64,000 bases of DNA from Bacillota bacterium. Its GTDB lineage: Bacteria > Bacillota > Ch66 > Ch109. Location: NCBI GenBank assembly GCA_050952625.1, contig JBMNLH010000001.1, positions 256,001 to 320,000 on the forward strand, read 5' to 3'. Under the pieces are notes generated by a model, which was not told the origin of the DNA, ran no database searches, and worked only from the letters and a program-made list of their open reading frames with translations. Made by a program: the position numbers and the translations under genes. Positions 43,059 to 55,324 of the stretch are shown here, piece by piece; within the stretch, counting starts at the first letter, position 1; each line of letters begins with the position of its first letter.

Positions 43059-43303
43059 CATGGTCCGATGTCTGATAGTGCTATCAGGCGCATCGAGTTC
43101 TACTTTCTAGTACCGGGGGATAAAAGCTGCGGATAGCTAAACAATGCACCTATTGAAACTGGGTTCTTGTGAGAGGATCCGGTTTTTTTTTAACACGATT
43201 TCTCCTGCTTAAAGGGTCGACCATTATGATTTTTTGCGTTGGTTTACAATCTGTGGTATATTTTATTCAAGTTTTTATAGATATCGCGAGGAGGCCTAAA
43301 TTA

Positions 43304-45232
43304 TTGAAAATTCCCTTGCCGGTTTTAGATAGGATTTTGCCGCGGGTGAAACGCCCCGGTCGCTATGTGGGCGGTGAATTAAACGCCGTTTATAAAGATT
43401 GGAACCAAGTCAAGGTCCGGATGGCTTTTGCCTTCCCGGATGTGTATGAGGTGGGAATGTCTCACCTAGGTTTGCGGATTCTTTATGGTTTAGTTAATCA
43501 ACGCGAAGATTGGCTAATGGAAAGAGTCTTCGCCCCTTGGCCGGATATGGAGCAAGAACTGCGCGAGCACGGATTGCCCCTTTTTTCTCTGGAATCCCGT
43601 CGGGCACTGGTAGACTTTGAGGTGGTTGGCTTTACCTTGCAGTATGAAATGAGTTATACCAACCTGCTGAATATTCTAGATTTAGGGCAAATCCCCCTTC
43701 GAAGTCGGCACCGGACCGCAGAGCATCCGCTGGTTATTGCCGGAGGTCCAGGAGCCCTTAATCCGGAACCGCTGGCTGATTTTATTGATGCCTTTGTGCT
43801 GGGCGAAGGCGAGCAAGTATTACTGGAGATTCTAGAAATCGTTGAACGTTACCGTCAGGGATTAAGTAAAGAAAGCGGGCCTAAATATAAGGACCGGCTG
43901 GCCTTGCTGCGTGAGCTAGCCCGGGTACCGGGAGTTTATGTGCCTTCATTATACGAAGTTGCTTATCGCGAAGATGGAACGATTATCCGGATTGGGCCGC
44001 GGGAAGCCGGGATCCCGCGACAGGTGCAGCGTCGGGCCATTGCTGATTTGGATCAGGCTTATTTTCCGACCGCGCCCATTGTCCCCAACATTGAAGTGGT
44101 CCATGACCGAATCATGCTAGAGGTGTTTCGGGGTTGCCAGCGAGGGTGCCGGTTTTGCCAGGCGGGAATGATCTACCGACCAACGCGAGAAAGGTCGGTC
44201 TCTACGCTGGTGCAGCAAACAGAGGAATTAGTCAGGAACACCGGTTATGATGAAATTTCCCTAACCTCGCTTAGCACTGGTGACTACGGGGAAATACAAG
44301 AACTGGTCCGCCGTCTGCTGCAAAAGTATCAGGACCAGGGGGTCGCTGTTTCTTTACCGTCTTTGCGGATTGATTCATTTTCGGTGGGTCTGGCTAAAGA
44401 GGTGCAAAAGGGTCGTAAAACTGGGTTGACCTTTGCCCCAGAGGCCGGAACCCAGAGGTTGCGGGATGTAATCAATAAAGGAGTGACCGAGGACGACCTT
44501 TTTGCCGCAGCCGGGGCGGCGTTTGAAGAGGGCTGGTCATCTTTAAAACTTTACTTTATGATTGGATTACCGACAGAAGAAATGACAGACCTGGATGGGA
44601 TCGTTGCCCTGGCTCGGCGAGTTGCTGATCTGGGTACTGCCGCTGCCCGGCGGGGACGGTTTAAGAAGCGGGTCCAGGTGACGGTTAGCGTTTCTAATTT
44701 TGTGCCCAAGGCGCACACTCCCTTTCAGTGGGAAGGTCAGCATCCGATTGAGGAGTTAAAAGCAAAACAGGAGTACCTGCGGCAAAGACTACGGGACAAA
44801 CGGATAAGTTATAACTGGCATGAGGCGGAGCTGAGTTTCTGGGAGGCAGTCATTGCCAGAGGAGACCGGCGGTTGGGACCGGCTTTGGAAAAAGCCTGGC
44901 AGAAGGGCTGTCGTTTCGATGGCTGGAGCGAATACTTCCAGCCAGAAAAGTGGCGAGAGGCCTTGGCGGAAACGGGGCTTAATCCGGAGTTTTACGCTAA
45001 CCGCCAAATACCGCTTACGGATACCCTGCCCTGGGATCACTTGAGTTCTGGGGTAACGCGGGATTTTCTGGTTGATGAATATCAGGCAGCGAAGAGTGGG
45101 ATCACCACCGAGGATTGTCGACTGGCGGGTTGTACGACCTGCGGGGTCTGCGCGGCCTTGGGGGTTGACTTGAATTTAACCAGTTTGGAAAGGGACGGGT
45201 CTGGAAATGTATCGGTATCGGATAGAATATAG
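43304..45232 (+). CDS. TIGR03960-type B12-binding radical SAM protein
   Basis: CQRGCRFC motif, FAPEAGTQRLR; TTG 43304 after GAGGAGG. Confidence 0.9.
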   Translation: MKIPLPVLDRILPRVKRPGRYVGGELNAVYKDWNQVKVRMAFAFPDVYEVGMSHLGLRILYGLVNQREDWLMERVFAPWPDMEQELREHGLPLFSLESRRALVDFEVVGFTLQYEMSYTNLLNILDLGQIPLRSRHRTAEHPLVIAGGPGALNPEPLADFIDAFVLGEGEQVLLEILEIVERYRQGLSKESGPKYKDRLALLRELARVPGVYVPSLYEVAYREDGTIIRIGPREAGIPRQVQRRAIADLDQAYFPTAPIVPNIEVVHDRIMLEVFRGCQRGCRFCQAGMIYRPTRERSVSTLVQQTEELVRNTGYDEISLTSLSTGDYGEIQELVRRLLQKYQDQGVAVSLPSLRIDSFSVGLAKEVQKGRKTGLTFAPEAGTQRLRDVINKGVTEDDLFAAAGAAFEEGWSSLKLYFMIGLPTEEMTDLDGIVALARRVADLGTAAARRGRFKKRVQVTVSVSNFVPKAHTPFQWEGQHPIEELKAKQEYLRQRLRDKRISYNWHEAELSFWEAVIARGDRRLGPALEKAWQKGCRFDGWSEYFQPEKWREALAETGLNPEFYANRQIPLTDTLPWDHLSSGVTRDFLVDEYQAAKSGITTEDCRLAGCTTCGVCAALGVDLNLTSLERDGSGNVSVSDRI

Positions 45233-45920
45233 TAAACAGGGACCAATGGCCTATATTTCCCATCTGGATTTAACCCGGACCTTTGAACGGGCCGCCAGAC
45301 GGGCGGGATTGCCAGTTGCCCTTTCCCAGGGTTACCATCCTCACTATAAGTTTTCTTTTGGTTCGGTTTTGCCGGTTGGAATGGAGGGAGAAAGGGAATA
45401 CCTGGATATGGAACTAAATGGTCAGTCTGCGCCGGCCGAGATAGGCCAGACCTTACAGCAGCAGATGCCGCTTGGTTTAAAGATTCGCCAGGTTCGAATG
45501 GTACCACTAGAAGCACCATCCTTAATGGCCTTAATTGATATCGCTCGCTACGCGATAACGGCTCAGCTTTGTCCGGTTGCGGGAATTCTATCTTCGGCTG
45601 AATTTACCCAAAGCCTGGCTCAGGCCCTGGCCCGGGAATCCTGGCCAATCGTTCGTTCCAGTGTTAAGGGGACCCGCGAGATCGAAGCCCGAGACTCGGT
45701 GATTCAATTAGATTTGACCTGGCAAAACCAGTTGGTGCAGGGCGATATCTGGTTAAGACTCAACGCATCCAAGGCAATCCGGCCGATTGAAGTGATGGAA
45801 TCTCTGGAGTGCTATGGCGGACTAATTTGGGATAAAAATAATCTGCGAATTCGGCGGACCGGCCTATTTGTCAGCCGGGAAGGTCGATATCTATCGCCAA
45901 TGGACGTAATTACCCGGTAA
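45207..45920 (+). CDS. TIGR03936/DUF2344 radical SAM-associated protein
   Basis: YISHLDL.R.FERA.RRA.LP...SQGYHP. Confidence 0.9.
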   Translation: MYRYRIEYSKQGPMAYISHLDLTRTFERAARRAGLPVALSQGYHPHYKFSFGSVLPVGMEGEREYLDMELNGQSAPAEIGQTLQQQMPLGLKIRQVRMVPLEAPSLMALIDIARYAITAQLCPVAGILSSAEFTQSLAQALARESWPIVRSSVKGTREIEARDSVIQLDLTWQNQLVQGDIWLRLNASKAIRPIEVMESLECYGGLIWDKNNLRIRRTGLFVSREGRYLSPMDVITR

Positions 45921-46081
45921 TAGCTGCCGGGATCACTTGTTCAGCTTCGTTGTAGTTCAAGGCTTCAGCTGGCGACGCTGCTTTACCTGAAGTTTTACCA
46001 AGATGAACTCCATTTATAGTAGTGGGAGTCTGATAATTACGATAACAGCCGTTAGTTACTGTAGGCGAGGAGGTGAGATTT

Positions 46082-47798
46082 ATGGTTAAGGATATCTTAG
46101 TTCAGGCATCCGGAGGAGAAACACAGGTTGCCGTATTGGAAAACCGCCAGCTAGTCGAGATCTATCTAGAAAGGGACACGGAACAACGCTTGGTTGGCAA
46201 CATTTATAAGGGTCGGATCGAAAACGTGCTGCCCGGGATGCAGGCTGCTTTTGTCAATATCGGGTTAGATAAAAATGCCTTTCTTTATGTTGAGGATGTT
46301 ACCGGGGCCAGGACCTTAAAAGAAGTCCAGGAGGGACAAGAACCAAATGCAAATATCCCCCACCCCCATCATACTTCGATCGATGAATTAGTTAAAGAGG
46401 GACAGGAAATTCTCGTCCAGGTGGTTAAGGAACCGATAGGTACCAAAGGGGCCCCGGGTCACGACCCACATTACTTTACCCGGACGACATCTGGTCCTGA
46501 TGCCGACCATGGATTATATTGGGATTTCCCGACGGATTGATCATGAACGGGAAAGAGAGAGACTGCGGAACCTGGCGGAGACTGTCAAGGCTCCCGGGAT
46601 GGGTTTAATTGTTCGGACCGTCGCTGAGGGGGTAGGTGAGGACCCTCTCCAGCATGAAGCTAGAGCCCTGGCCAGATTATGGGAAAAAATTTTGTTTCGG
46701 AGTAGGTTTGCTAGTGCCCCCTCGTTAATTCACCGTGATTTAGAACTTGTGCAGCGGATTATGCGGGATCTGTTTACCGAAGAGGTTAACCGGATGATTG
46801 TTAATTCCCGGTGGGTTTACGACAAAATTTTGGACGTGCTGGAACTAGATGAGCGGCAGGTAAGGCTGAGGCAGCGGATTAGTTATGAGCCAGTTGATTT
46901 ATTTGAAAGATTCAGCGTTGAATTGGAAATAGAAAAGGCCTTGAAACGGAAGGTTTGGTTAAAATCGGGCGGATACTTAGTTATTGATCAGATGGAAGCC
47001 CTTACAGCCGTTGATGTGAATACTGGCAAATACGTTGGCAGTATTAACCTGGCTGATACAGTATTAAAAACTAATTTGGAAGCGGCCAGTGAAATTGCCC
47101 GTCAGCTTCGCTTGCGAAATATCGGTGGCATTATTATTATTGATTTTATTGATATGGAGAGTATCCAAGATCAATCCCGAGTGCTGTCCGTGTTAGAGGA
47201 AGAGCTGAAAAAGGATAAAACACGGGCCAAGATTTTAGGCTTAACTCAGCTAGGGCTGGTGGAAATGACCCGGAAGAAGGTACAGCAGGGTCTGGACAGT
47301 TTGCTCCAGCGGTCCTGTCCTTATTGTGAAGGTAAAGGAAAGGTTCTCTCAGAAGAGACGGTTAGTCTTCGGGCCCAAAAACGTCTAATGTCCCTAGCGA
47401 CCAAAAGTGATGCCCCAGCTTTTCTGCTTGAAGCGCATCCAAGCGTCGCTTCCATGCTCATTGGGGCTAGCGGCAACCATTTGCGGCAGATGGAGGAAGC
47501 GGTCAACAAGCAGCTAATCATCAAGGGTCGAGACGACTTGCATTTAGAACATGTTCAAATCAAGAGTCTTTACGGGCGTCAGGAAATTGAGGAGCTAGCC
47601 GTGCCGGTTAAGGTCGGTCAGATTTTAGAGGTCCGGATTGAGGAGGCCCATATCGTTAACGGATATGATGGAATTGCCCGGCTCAATGGTTACGTTTTAG
47701 ATGTGGAGGGGGCCGGCGGTCACGTTGGCGAGGTCGTTCGAATAGAAGTAACCCGGGTCTTTAGGACCTATGCCCGGGCCCGGTTGCTGGAGCATTAG
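46082..47798 (+). pseudogene. rng: Rne/Rng family ribonuclease, split by one +1 frameshift at ~46452-46455
   Basis: S1 domain (VGNIYKG, PGMQAAFV) continues as 'GARVTTHITLPGRHLVLMP' if one C is removed; DVNTG, IDFIDM, C-terminal TRAM. Confidence 0.9.
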
Positions 47799-47801
47799 TG
47801 A

Positions 47802-47977
47802 CGTTCGTGTTTTAAAGCGGTAAGCCGGCTAGACCGGGAACGAACCTCGTCGGCTTCGGGCAGGGCAGCAAACTCGCCCTGCGGACTCAAGCAGTGATGA
47901 CTGCTGATCCTCAGCCGCTTTTGTTCTCTGATGTAAACCTCTAATCGCTGACTTCCGTTATCACAAAAGCGGCATAG
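47802..47977 (+). repeat. diverged copy of family A repeat
   Basis: Shares gggaacgaacctcgtcggcttcgggc, caaactcgccctgcgg and ctgctgatcctcagcc with the 42685 copy. Confidence 0.85.
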
Positions 47978-48074
47978 TGTAAAATTGTTGTAGGAAAAAA
48001 GAAACAAGAGACTACTCTTTTTGGTAAAATAAAGTCAACCTAAAACCAAAATTACCGAAGGAGTGTTCTCGTGG

Positions 48075-48103
48075 TTGACAGAATAGCCGTTCTGTGTTAA
48101 AGT
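48075..48103 (+). promoter_or_regulatory. sigma-A promoter of the rplU operon
   Basis: TTGACA-N17-TAAAGT with TG extension. Confidence 0.65.
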
Positions 48104-48111
48104 TAATGTCT

Positions 48112-48192
48112 GCAGGTAGGAAATGTCCTACCCCAACCGCCCGATTCGGGTTGCAAAAGCCGTAAGGCTTACCTAGGAATCGGCGAGTCTAG
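48112..48192 (+). ncRNA. ribosomal protein L21 leader
   Basis: aggtagg...ccccaaccgccc...aggtt-like/acct...ggcgagtc directly upstream of rplU. Confidence 0.7.
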
Positions 48193-48208
48193 GGCAGGGA
48201 GGTGCAAA

Positions 48209-48520
48209 ATGTACGCGATTATTGAAACTGGTGGTAAGCAGTATCGGGTTCAGGAAGGTGATGTCCTGAAAGTCGAGAAGCTGGATGTGGTTGAGGGAGA
48301 AACCGTTAACCTGGATAAGGTGCTAGCCCTCAAAAAAGGCGAAGAGCTGATTATGGGTTCTCCGTTGGTGGAGGGAGCTCGAGTGGTCGCTCAAGTGTTG
48401 GAGCATGGCCGAGGCAAGAAGATTATCGTCTTCAAGTACAAGCCTAAGAAAAACTACCGCCGGAAACAGGGGCATCGACAACCTTATACTCAGTTGCGGA
48501 TCGAAAAGATCGAGGGCTAG
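48209..48520 (+). CDS. rplU: 50S ribosomal protein L21
   Basis: [19 protein letters not shown]. Confidence 0.98.
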   Translation: MYAIIETGGKQYRVQEGDVLKVEKLDVVEGETVNLDKVLALKKGEELIMGSPLVEGARVVAQVLEHGRGKKIIVFKYKPKKNYRRKQGHRQPYTQLRIEKIEG

Positions 48521-48529
48521 ATATCGTCT

Positions 48530-48868
48530 ATGGTTAAGGTTAAGATATCGACTACCTCTAATGGGGAAATTGTCAGCTTTGAGGTCAAGGGACACGCGAA
48601 TTACGCTGAACACGGGCAGGATATTGTCTGTGCCGGGGTTTCTGCAGTTGTCCAGACCGCCATTCTAGGTTTGGAGCATTTCCTGGATGGTGCTCCCGCA
48701 GTTATTATTCGAGAAGGTTATTTAAAATGTTCTTTACCCGGGGCCTTAACCCTCGAAGAAAGTGCCCGGGCTGCCGTGGTTCTGAAAACAATGGCTCTGG
48801 GAATTGAGATGACTGCCCGGAGTTATCCCAAAAACCTGCAACTGGTCTGGCAGATAGTTGCAGATTAA
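48530..48868 (+). CDS. prp: ribosomal-processing cysteine protease Prp
   Basis: GHA....G.DIVCAGVS; between rplU and rpmA. Confidence 0.93.
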   Translation: MVKVKISTTSNGEIVSFEVKGHANYAEHGQDIVCAGVSAVVQTAILGLEHFLDGAPAVIIREGYLKCSLPGALTLEESARAAVVLKTMALGIEMTARSYPKNLQLVWQIVAD

Positions 48869-48970
48869 TTTGGTTCTTAAGCTTGGCCTTATCATTTTGT
48901 TTCGCCAGATATACAAGATATAAATGTAATGTAAATGTAGGATTATACTTTATTCAAGGAGGTGTGATCC

Positions 48971-49270
48971 GTGATCCTGCAAAAAATTGAGCTTCAGTTG
49001 TTTGCCCATAAAAAGGGAGTTGGTAGTTCTCGCAATGGTCGAGACAGTAACCCCAAAATGCTCGGGGTGAAGCGGTCCGATGGCCAATTTGTTACGGCTG
49101 GTAATATCATTGTTCGGCAACGAGGTACCCGAATTCATCCGGGCAACAATGTCGCTATCGGCAGAGATGATACCCTTTATGCTCTAACCGATGGCATCGT
49201 TCGGTTTGAACGGAAGAGCCGTGATAAAAAGAAGGTTAGTGTCTATAATGAATCGGCTCTGGTAATGTAA
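48971..49270 (+). CDS. rpmA: 50S ribosomal protein L27 with cleavable N-terminal extension
   Basis: [22 protein letters not shown]. Confidence 0.98.
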   Translation: MILQKIELQLFAHKKGVGSSRNGRDSNPKMLGVKRSDGQFVTAGNIIVRQRGTRIHPGNNVAIGRDDTLYALTDGIVRFERKSRDKKKVSVYNESALVM

Positions 49271-49316
49271 CGTTAACAATAACGTTTAACTTTCGTTATA
49301 AACAACCCGATATTGC

Positions 49317-49347
49317 ACCCCCCTGGAGTCGCCAGGGGGGTTCGTTG
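49317..49347 (+). terminator. hairpin terminator after rpmA
   Basis: acccccctgg/ccaggggggtt. Confidence 0.55.
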
Positions 49348-49367
49348 TATCCTAATTATACCAAAAA

Positions 49368-49490
49368 CATGGTCGCACGGTTTATAATGAAGGTTAGCGA
49401 TTGGCGAGCTGTATCTTATTAGTTTATGTCATTAGTTTATGTTATTAGTTTATGCCGGTTGAGCCTGCCAACGAGTAAAAACTGCATCGC
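49368..49490 (-). repeat. internally deleted family A repeat with 3 x 13-nt attagtttatgtY in place of the core
   Basis: Both ends resemble the 22191-22374 copy. Confidence 0.6.
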
Positions 49491-49520
49491 TAATTATCAG
49501 AGTATAAAGGTGGGATAATA

Positions 49521-50108
49521 ATGGAGAATGGCCCGGAAACCGTTGAATGTGTTCCTATTTCTGAACTAATCTATCTTATGCGAACACAGCGTCATGACTT
49601 TATTAATCATTTACAGGTAATAATGGGTTACTTGCAATTGAATAAGGTAGATATGGCGATAAAATATATCAAGCATACCAGTGGAGAACTGCAGGAAGCC
49701 GGTCGATTAATGCAGACAGCTTGGCCTGAATTACCGGTTATCTTGATGTTAAAGAACAGACGGGTCAAGGAAGAGCTGGGCGAAGTCAAAGTTGCTTTAC
49801 ATAATGTGGATAAAATTGACAAAAAGCCACCGATAGAATTGACCGAAGTTATTGGGGAAATTTACGAGATAATCTGCCGGCAAATGGCCAACTGTCCGCT
49901 TGAAGGACAACAGCTATCAGTGGATATTGACGAAACAAACGGGACTTATGTGCTGCATTTTACCTGGCCTCAAGGCGAGAAAGTCTTTGATAAGATCGGG
50001 TTTCTAACTGATCCAGTCGTGGAAGAGGCCCGTAAGAGTTTCCCAAAGGTTGAGTTGTTTGAGCAGGGAGAAGAGTTGAGGCTGTCGATGTATTTGCCAG
50101 TTAAGTAA
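49521..50108 (+). CDS. spo0B: Spo0B-domain sporulation phosphotransferase-like protein
   Basis: QRHDFINHLQVIMGYLQL helix; rpmA-spo0B-obg synteny. Confidence 0.8.
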   Translation: MENGPETVECVPISELIYLMRTQRHDFINHLQVIMGYLQLNKVDMAIKYIKHTSGELQEAGRLMQTAWPELPVILMLKNRRVKEELGEVKVALHNVDKIDKKPPIELTEVIGEIYEIICRQMANCPLEGQQLSVDIDETNGTYVLHFTWPQGEKVFDKIGFLTDPVVEEARKSFPKVELFEQGEELRLSMYLPVK

Positions 50109-50180
50109 TGTCCGGATTATATTTTTATAGGTGCTTGTGTCCTTGGGGGCATGGGTGGTTAATAGCAAATTCAGATATAG

Positions 50181-51473
<1,293 letters not shown>

Positions 51474-51495
51474 GATATTAAGGGCAAGGGACCAT

Positions 51496-51600
51496 TTCTG
51501 GCATAATCAGAAAGTATAAGTGGACTTTCTGATTATCAGTAAGGGCAACTAGGGCTTCCGCCGGTGCCTAAGGCTTGGCGCAAGCCAAGTTTTCTTTATC
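51496..51600. repeat. interspersed palindromic repeat (AGAAAGTATAAG / GGCTTGGCGCAAGCCAAGTTTTCTT type)
   Basis: Hairpins ataatcagaaag/ctttctgattat and ggcttg.cg.caagcc. Confidence 0.5.
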
Positions 51601-51681
51601 CTGGCGAGGTAGAAACAATTCCATCTAACGTCGAACTAACGTCGAACGTTAACCTCTAATATCTAGATGAGGGTGGTTTTG

Positions 51682-52815
51682 GTGAATCGGGAACAGTTTA
51701 AAGCAGTAATTAGTGGTGCTAAACGAGTCGTAATTAAGGTCGGAACCAGTTCGCTGACTTATCCCACCGGCAAACTTAATCTTTCCCGACTGGAGAAGCT
51801 GGCACGGGAGATATCAGATATCCGTAATCAGGGTCGAGAAGTGATCCTGGTCTCATCTGGAGCGGTGGGGGCCGGTTTAGGCAAACTAGGTTTCAGTCGA
51901 CGGCCAAAAACAATTCCAGAGAAGCAGGCGGCTGCCGCAGTTGGCCAGGGCATTCTGATGCATATCTATGAAAAACTTTTTTCTGAGTACAGCCAGGTGG
52001 TCGCCCAGGTGCTGCTCACTCGGTTTGACCTGATGGATCGGCGGTGTTATCTTAACGCGCGAAATGCGCTGAGCACTTTACTTAGTTTTGGGGTTATTCC
52101 CATCGTGAACGAGAATGATACGATTACTGTAGAAGGGTTGCAATTTGGGGATAATGATACTCTTTCAGCACTGGTCGCCGGCTTAGTAGATGCGGACCTG
52201 TTGATTATTCTTTCAGATATTGACGGTGTGTATACAGCAGACCCACGGGAAGACAGTCAGGCGGTCCTGCTGCCGGTGATTGAGGAGGTCAGTGAAGAGA
52301 TTGAGCGATTAGCCGGTGGAACTGGTTCGGAAATGGCTTCCGGAGGAATGGTGACCAAGATACAGGCCGCCCGAATGGCGGGCAGTTCTGGAATGTATCT
52401 GGTTATCGCTAACAGTCAGGAAGACCAGGTCATTCGACGGATCCTCGCCGGTGAGTCTCTAGGAACATTATTTGTGCCTCGCGAACATAAATTGGATGCG
52501 CGTCAGCGTTGGATTGCTTTTGGTTCTACCCTGCGGGGGAGCGTGTTTTTGGATGCCGGGGCGGTTGAGGCTTTGCAGCTGAGAGGTAAAAGCTTATTAC
52601 CAAGCGGCATTAGCCGCGTCGAAGGAGTTTTTGAAGCCGGCCAGGTGATCAGTATTAAGTCAGCTGAAGGATTGGAAATAGCCCGCGGCATTGTTAATTA
52701 TTCTTCCGGGGCGATTGAGCGGATTAAAGGCCGAAAAACCGCAGAGATTGAGAAAGTCCTGGGTTATAAGGAGTTTGATGAGGTCGTTCACCGAAACAAC
52801 TTGATCTTGGTTTAA
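51682..52815 (+). CDS. proB: glutamate 5-kinase
   Basis: VIKVGTS, NENDT, FGDND.L, C-terminal PUA domain. Confidence 0.96.
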   Translation: MNREQFKAVISGAKRVVIKVGTSSLTYPTGKLNLSRLEKLAREISDIRNQGREVILVSSGAVGAGLGKLGFSRRPKTIPEKQAAAAVGQGILMHIYEKLFSEYSQVVAQVLLTRFDLMDRRCYLNARNALSTLLSFGVIPIVNENDTITVEGLQFGDNDTLSALVAGLVDADLLIILSDIDGVYTADPREDSQAVLLPVIEEVSEEIERLAGGTGSEMASGGMVTKIQAARMAGSSGMYLVIANSQEDQVIRRILAGESLGTLFVPREHKLDARQRWIAFGSTLRGSVFLDAGAVEALQLRGKSLLPSGISRVEGVFEAGQVISIKSAEGLEIARGIVNYSSGAIERIKGRKTAEIEKVLGYKEFDEVVHRNNLILV

Positions 52816-52887
52816 TGGGTGAGGTGTGAGGTGTGAGGTGTGAGGCTATCGGTTCGCGTCTAACGTCACATGGGAGCAGGATCAATT

Positions 52888-53604
52888 ATGGATCTAAGTC
52901 ATCAGGTTAGTCGGGCTATTGCCATCAATCGAGATAAACAACTAGAGACAGTGCAGGCCTGCCGGACGGGGGACCACCAACATAAATACCGTTTGGGTAT
53001 TATGGGAGGGACTTTTGATCCGATTCATTATGGCCATTTGGTTACTGCCGAAACAAGTCGGTGGAAGTTTGGCTTGGATAAAGTAGTGTTCATGCCAACC
53101 GGTCAGCCGCCCCATAAACCGGATCGAATCATTTCCGCCGCAGAGCACCGTTACCGGATGAGTTTATTAGCGACTTTTAATAATGCTTATTTTTTGGTTT
53201 CTCGTCTCGAAATTGACCGGCCTGGCTATTCTTATACGATCGATACTGTCAAAGAGATTTTGCGCCAGGTGGGTCCGCACGTTGACCTGTTCTTTATTAC
53301 TGGGGCCGATGCGGTGCTGGAAATTTTAAGTTGGAAAAATGTTCAGGAACTCGTGGAACTATGTACTTTTATTGCGGCTAATCGTCCCGGGTTTGACTTA
53401 AGTGAGCCCAGTCTCAGCGGCCAACAGCCAAAAAGTTTGATTCAGCAAATTAAAACCATTGAGGTTCCTTCGCTGGCCATTTCTTCAACAGAAATACGGC
53501 ACCGAATTATTGCCGGCCATTCGATACGGTATCTGCTTCCAGAATCAGTGGAAGAGTATATTAAACGGCATCAATTATACCGAGACGGTATAAACATTGA
53601 TTGA
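52888..53604 (+). CDS. nadD: nicotinate-nucleotide adenylyltransferase
   Basis: GGTFDPIHYGH, ISSTEIR. Confidence 0.96.
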   Translation: MDLSHQVSRAIAINRDKQLETVQACRTGDHQHKYRLGIMGGTFDPIHYGHLVTAETSRWKFGLDKVVFMPTGQPPHKPDRIISAAEHRYRMSLLATFNNAYFLVSRLEIDRPGYSYTIDTVKEILRQVGPHVDLFFITGADAVLEILSWKNVQELVELCTFIAANRPGFDLSEPSLSGQQPKSLIQQIKTIEVPSLAISSTEIRHRIIAGHSIRYLLPESVEEYIKRHQLYRDGINID

Positions 53605-53660
53605 TCGCGCATACTACCTAGTGAAGTTTTCAGTTTAGATTATCAAGTTAAGTTTGCGAG

Positions 53661-53930
53661 GTGAAGTTTTTGGTGAGGACTCTTTATGTAGGAAATCTCC
53701 CCTGGGCGACCCGGGCAGAGGATCTCATTAACGCTTTTTCGACTCATGGTCAGGTAATTAGCGGACGAGTCATTTCTGACCGAGAAACTGGGCGTTCTCG
53801 TGGTTTCGGTTTTGTAGAAGTGGCGGATGAAGACGCTGAACGAATGATCGAAAGCATGAACGGAACTGAGTTGAACGGACGGATTATCACCGTCAATGAG
53901 GCTAAGCCCAAACAACAGGAAATACAATAG
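53661..53930 (+). CDS. RRM-domain RNA-binding protein
   Basis: RNP2 LYVGNL and RNP1 RGFGFV. Confidence 0.93.
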   Translation: MKFLVRTLYVGNLPWATRAEDLINAFSTHGQVISGRVISDRETGRSRGFGFVEVADEDAERMIESMNGTELNGRIITVNEAKPKQQEIQ

Positions 53931-54293
53931 GATAAGCGATTCAGTCAATAGTCAATTAATATCCCATGGTATAAACGGAAACTGAAAAAATATATAGAAA
54001 AACCTCCTTCGATCCCCTGAATCGATAGAGGTTTTTTCGTTTTCAGAGCAACTCTCTCTTTGTTCCAGTCTAGCCTGCTGACCAGTTAAAACCTGAGCGT
54101 TAGGGTTTTATATTAGTAGATTACCCGGGACGGTTAACCTGTCCCCGTGTCCCACACGACTAACTTGTTTTCAAAAAACTGCTTGAGTCAAAGATGAACT
54201 TTAGGTACCATTGAACTGTCCTAAGGCAAGAAACGAGAACTATTATAATTAGAAAGATGGCTCGATCGAGAACCGCTAAAGAGGGATGCTCTA

Positions 54294-54878
54294 GTGAATT
54301 TTGACCAATTGCTGCCCATATTAACCCAAAAACTTCCTCCGCGACGTTTAAGCCATTCTCTAGGCGTTGCCGAGACGGCTGTCGGCTTAGCCAAGCAGTA
54401 TGGAGGCAGAGTTGAGACTGCTAGAATGGCTGGCTTGCTGCACGATTATGCCCGAGACCTGCCCTCCGATACTCTGTTAGAGGTAGCCGAACAAGCTGGT
54501 TTAATTACTTGTTCGGTCGAAAGACTGATGCCGGATTTGTTGCACGGGCCAGTGGCGGCTTGGCTTATACCTCGGGAACTGGGAATTAAGGATTCAGAAG
54601 TATTAAGGGCGATCGCTTTGCACACCTTGGGAGCCGAGGAGATGGCTTTGCTGGACAAAATTATCTACATTGCCGATGCTATTGAGCCGGGCCGGAAATA
54701 TCCGGGAGTGGAATACCTGCGGCAGTTAGTCAAGGTTGACCTTGATCAGGCTTTGCTCGCTGGTTATAATCAAACAATTAAATACTGTCTTGACCGAAAT
54801 TACCTGTTACATCCGCGAACGATCTTGGCGCGAAATACACTCGTGCAGATATTATATTCCAGGGTAAGTTCAGACTAA
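54294..54878 (+). CDS. yqeK: YqeK HD-domain Ap4A hydrolase
   Basis: HSLGV, GLLHD, IYIADAIEPGR. Confidence 0.92.
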   Translation: MNFDQLLPILTQKLPPRRLSHSLGVAETAVGLAKQYGGRVETARMAGLLHDYARDLPSDTLLEVAEQAGLITCSVERLMPDLLHGPVAAWLIPRELGIKDSEVLRAIALHTLGAEEMALLDKIIYIADAIEPGRKYPGVEYLRQLVKVDLDQALLAGYNQTIKYCLDRNYLLHPRTILARNTLVQILYSRVSSD

Positions 54879-54946
54879 TTCTGGTTAAAGCCTGGATTTC
54901 GTGGTAAAATATATATAGAAAGTTTAATTTAAAGGAGGAGCCATTA

Positions 54947-55324
54947 TTGAATGATTCCATTCAACTAGTCCAATGGATAGCCGAGGCTGCTGGTGAGCAG
55001 AAGGCTTTTGATCTGGTGACTTTGGATCTGCGTGGGGTATCTTTGATTGCTGATTATTTTGTCATCTGCAGCGGGAGATCAACCGTCCAGGTAAAAGCCA
55101 TCGCCGAACATATTGAGAAATTCCTGGAGGATAAGGGGATCCGGGTTTTGCACAGGGAAGGGAAGCGAGAGGGGCAGTGGCTGCTTTTGGACTATGGCTC
55201 GGTAGTGGTTCACGTGTTTCGGGAAGAAGAACGTCGGTTTTATGGTCTGGAACGCCTGTGGGCTGATGCAAGATTAGTCGAAGATCCTAAAGAGGATAAA
55301 GGGTTGACATTTGTCGGACCGTAA
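54947..55324 (+). CDS. rsfS: ribosome silencing factor
   Basis: ADYFVICSG, WLLLDYG.VVVHVF....R.FY.LE.LW. Confidence 0.95.
   Translation: MNDSIQLVQWIAEAAGEQKAFDLVTLDLRGVSLIADYFVICSGRSTVQVKAIAEHIEKFLEDKGIRVLHREGKREGQWLLLDYGSVVVHVFREEERRFYGLERLWADARLVEDPKEDKGLTFVGP

Noticed and set aside
48971-50108. L27 N-terminal extension with Prp, and Spo0B in a Clostridia-class genome
   Set aside because: Both are already established features of Firmicutes.
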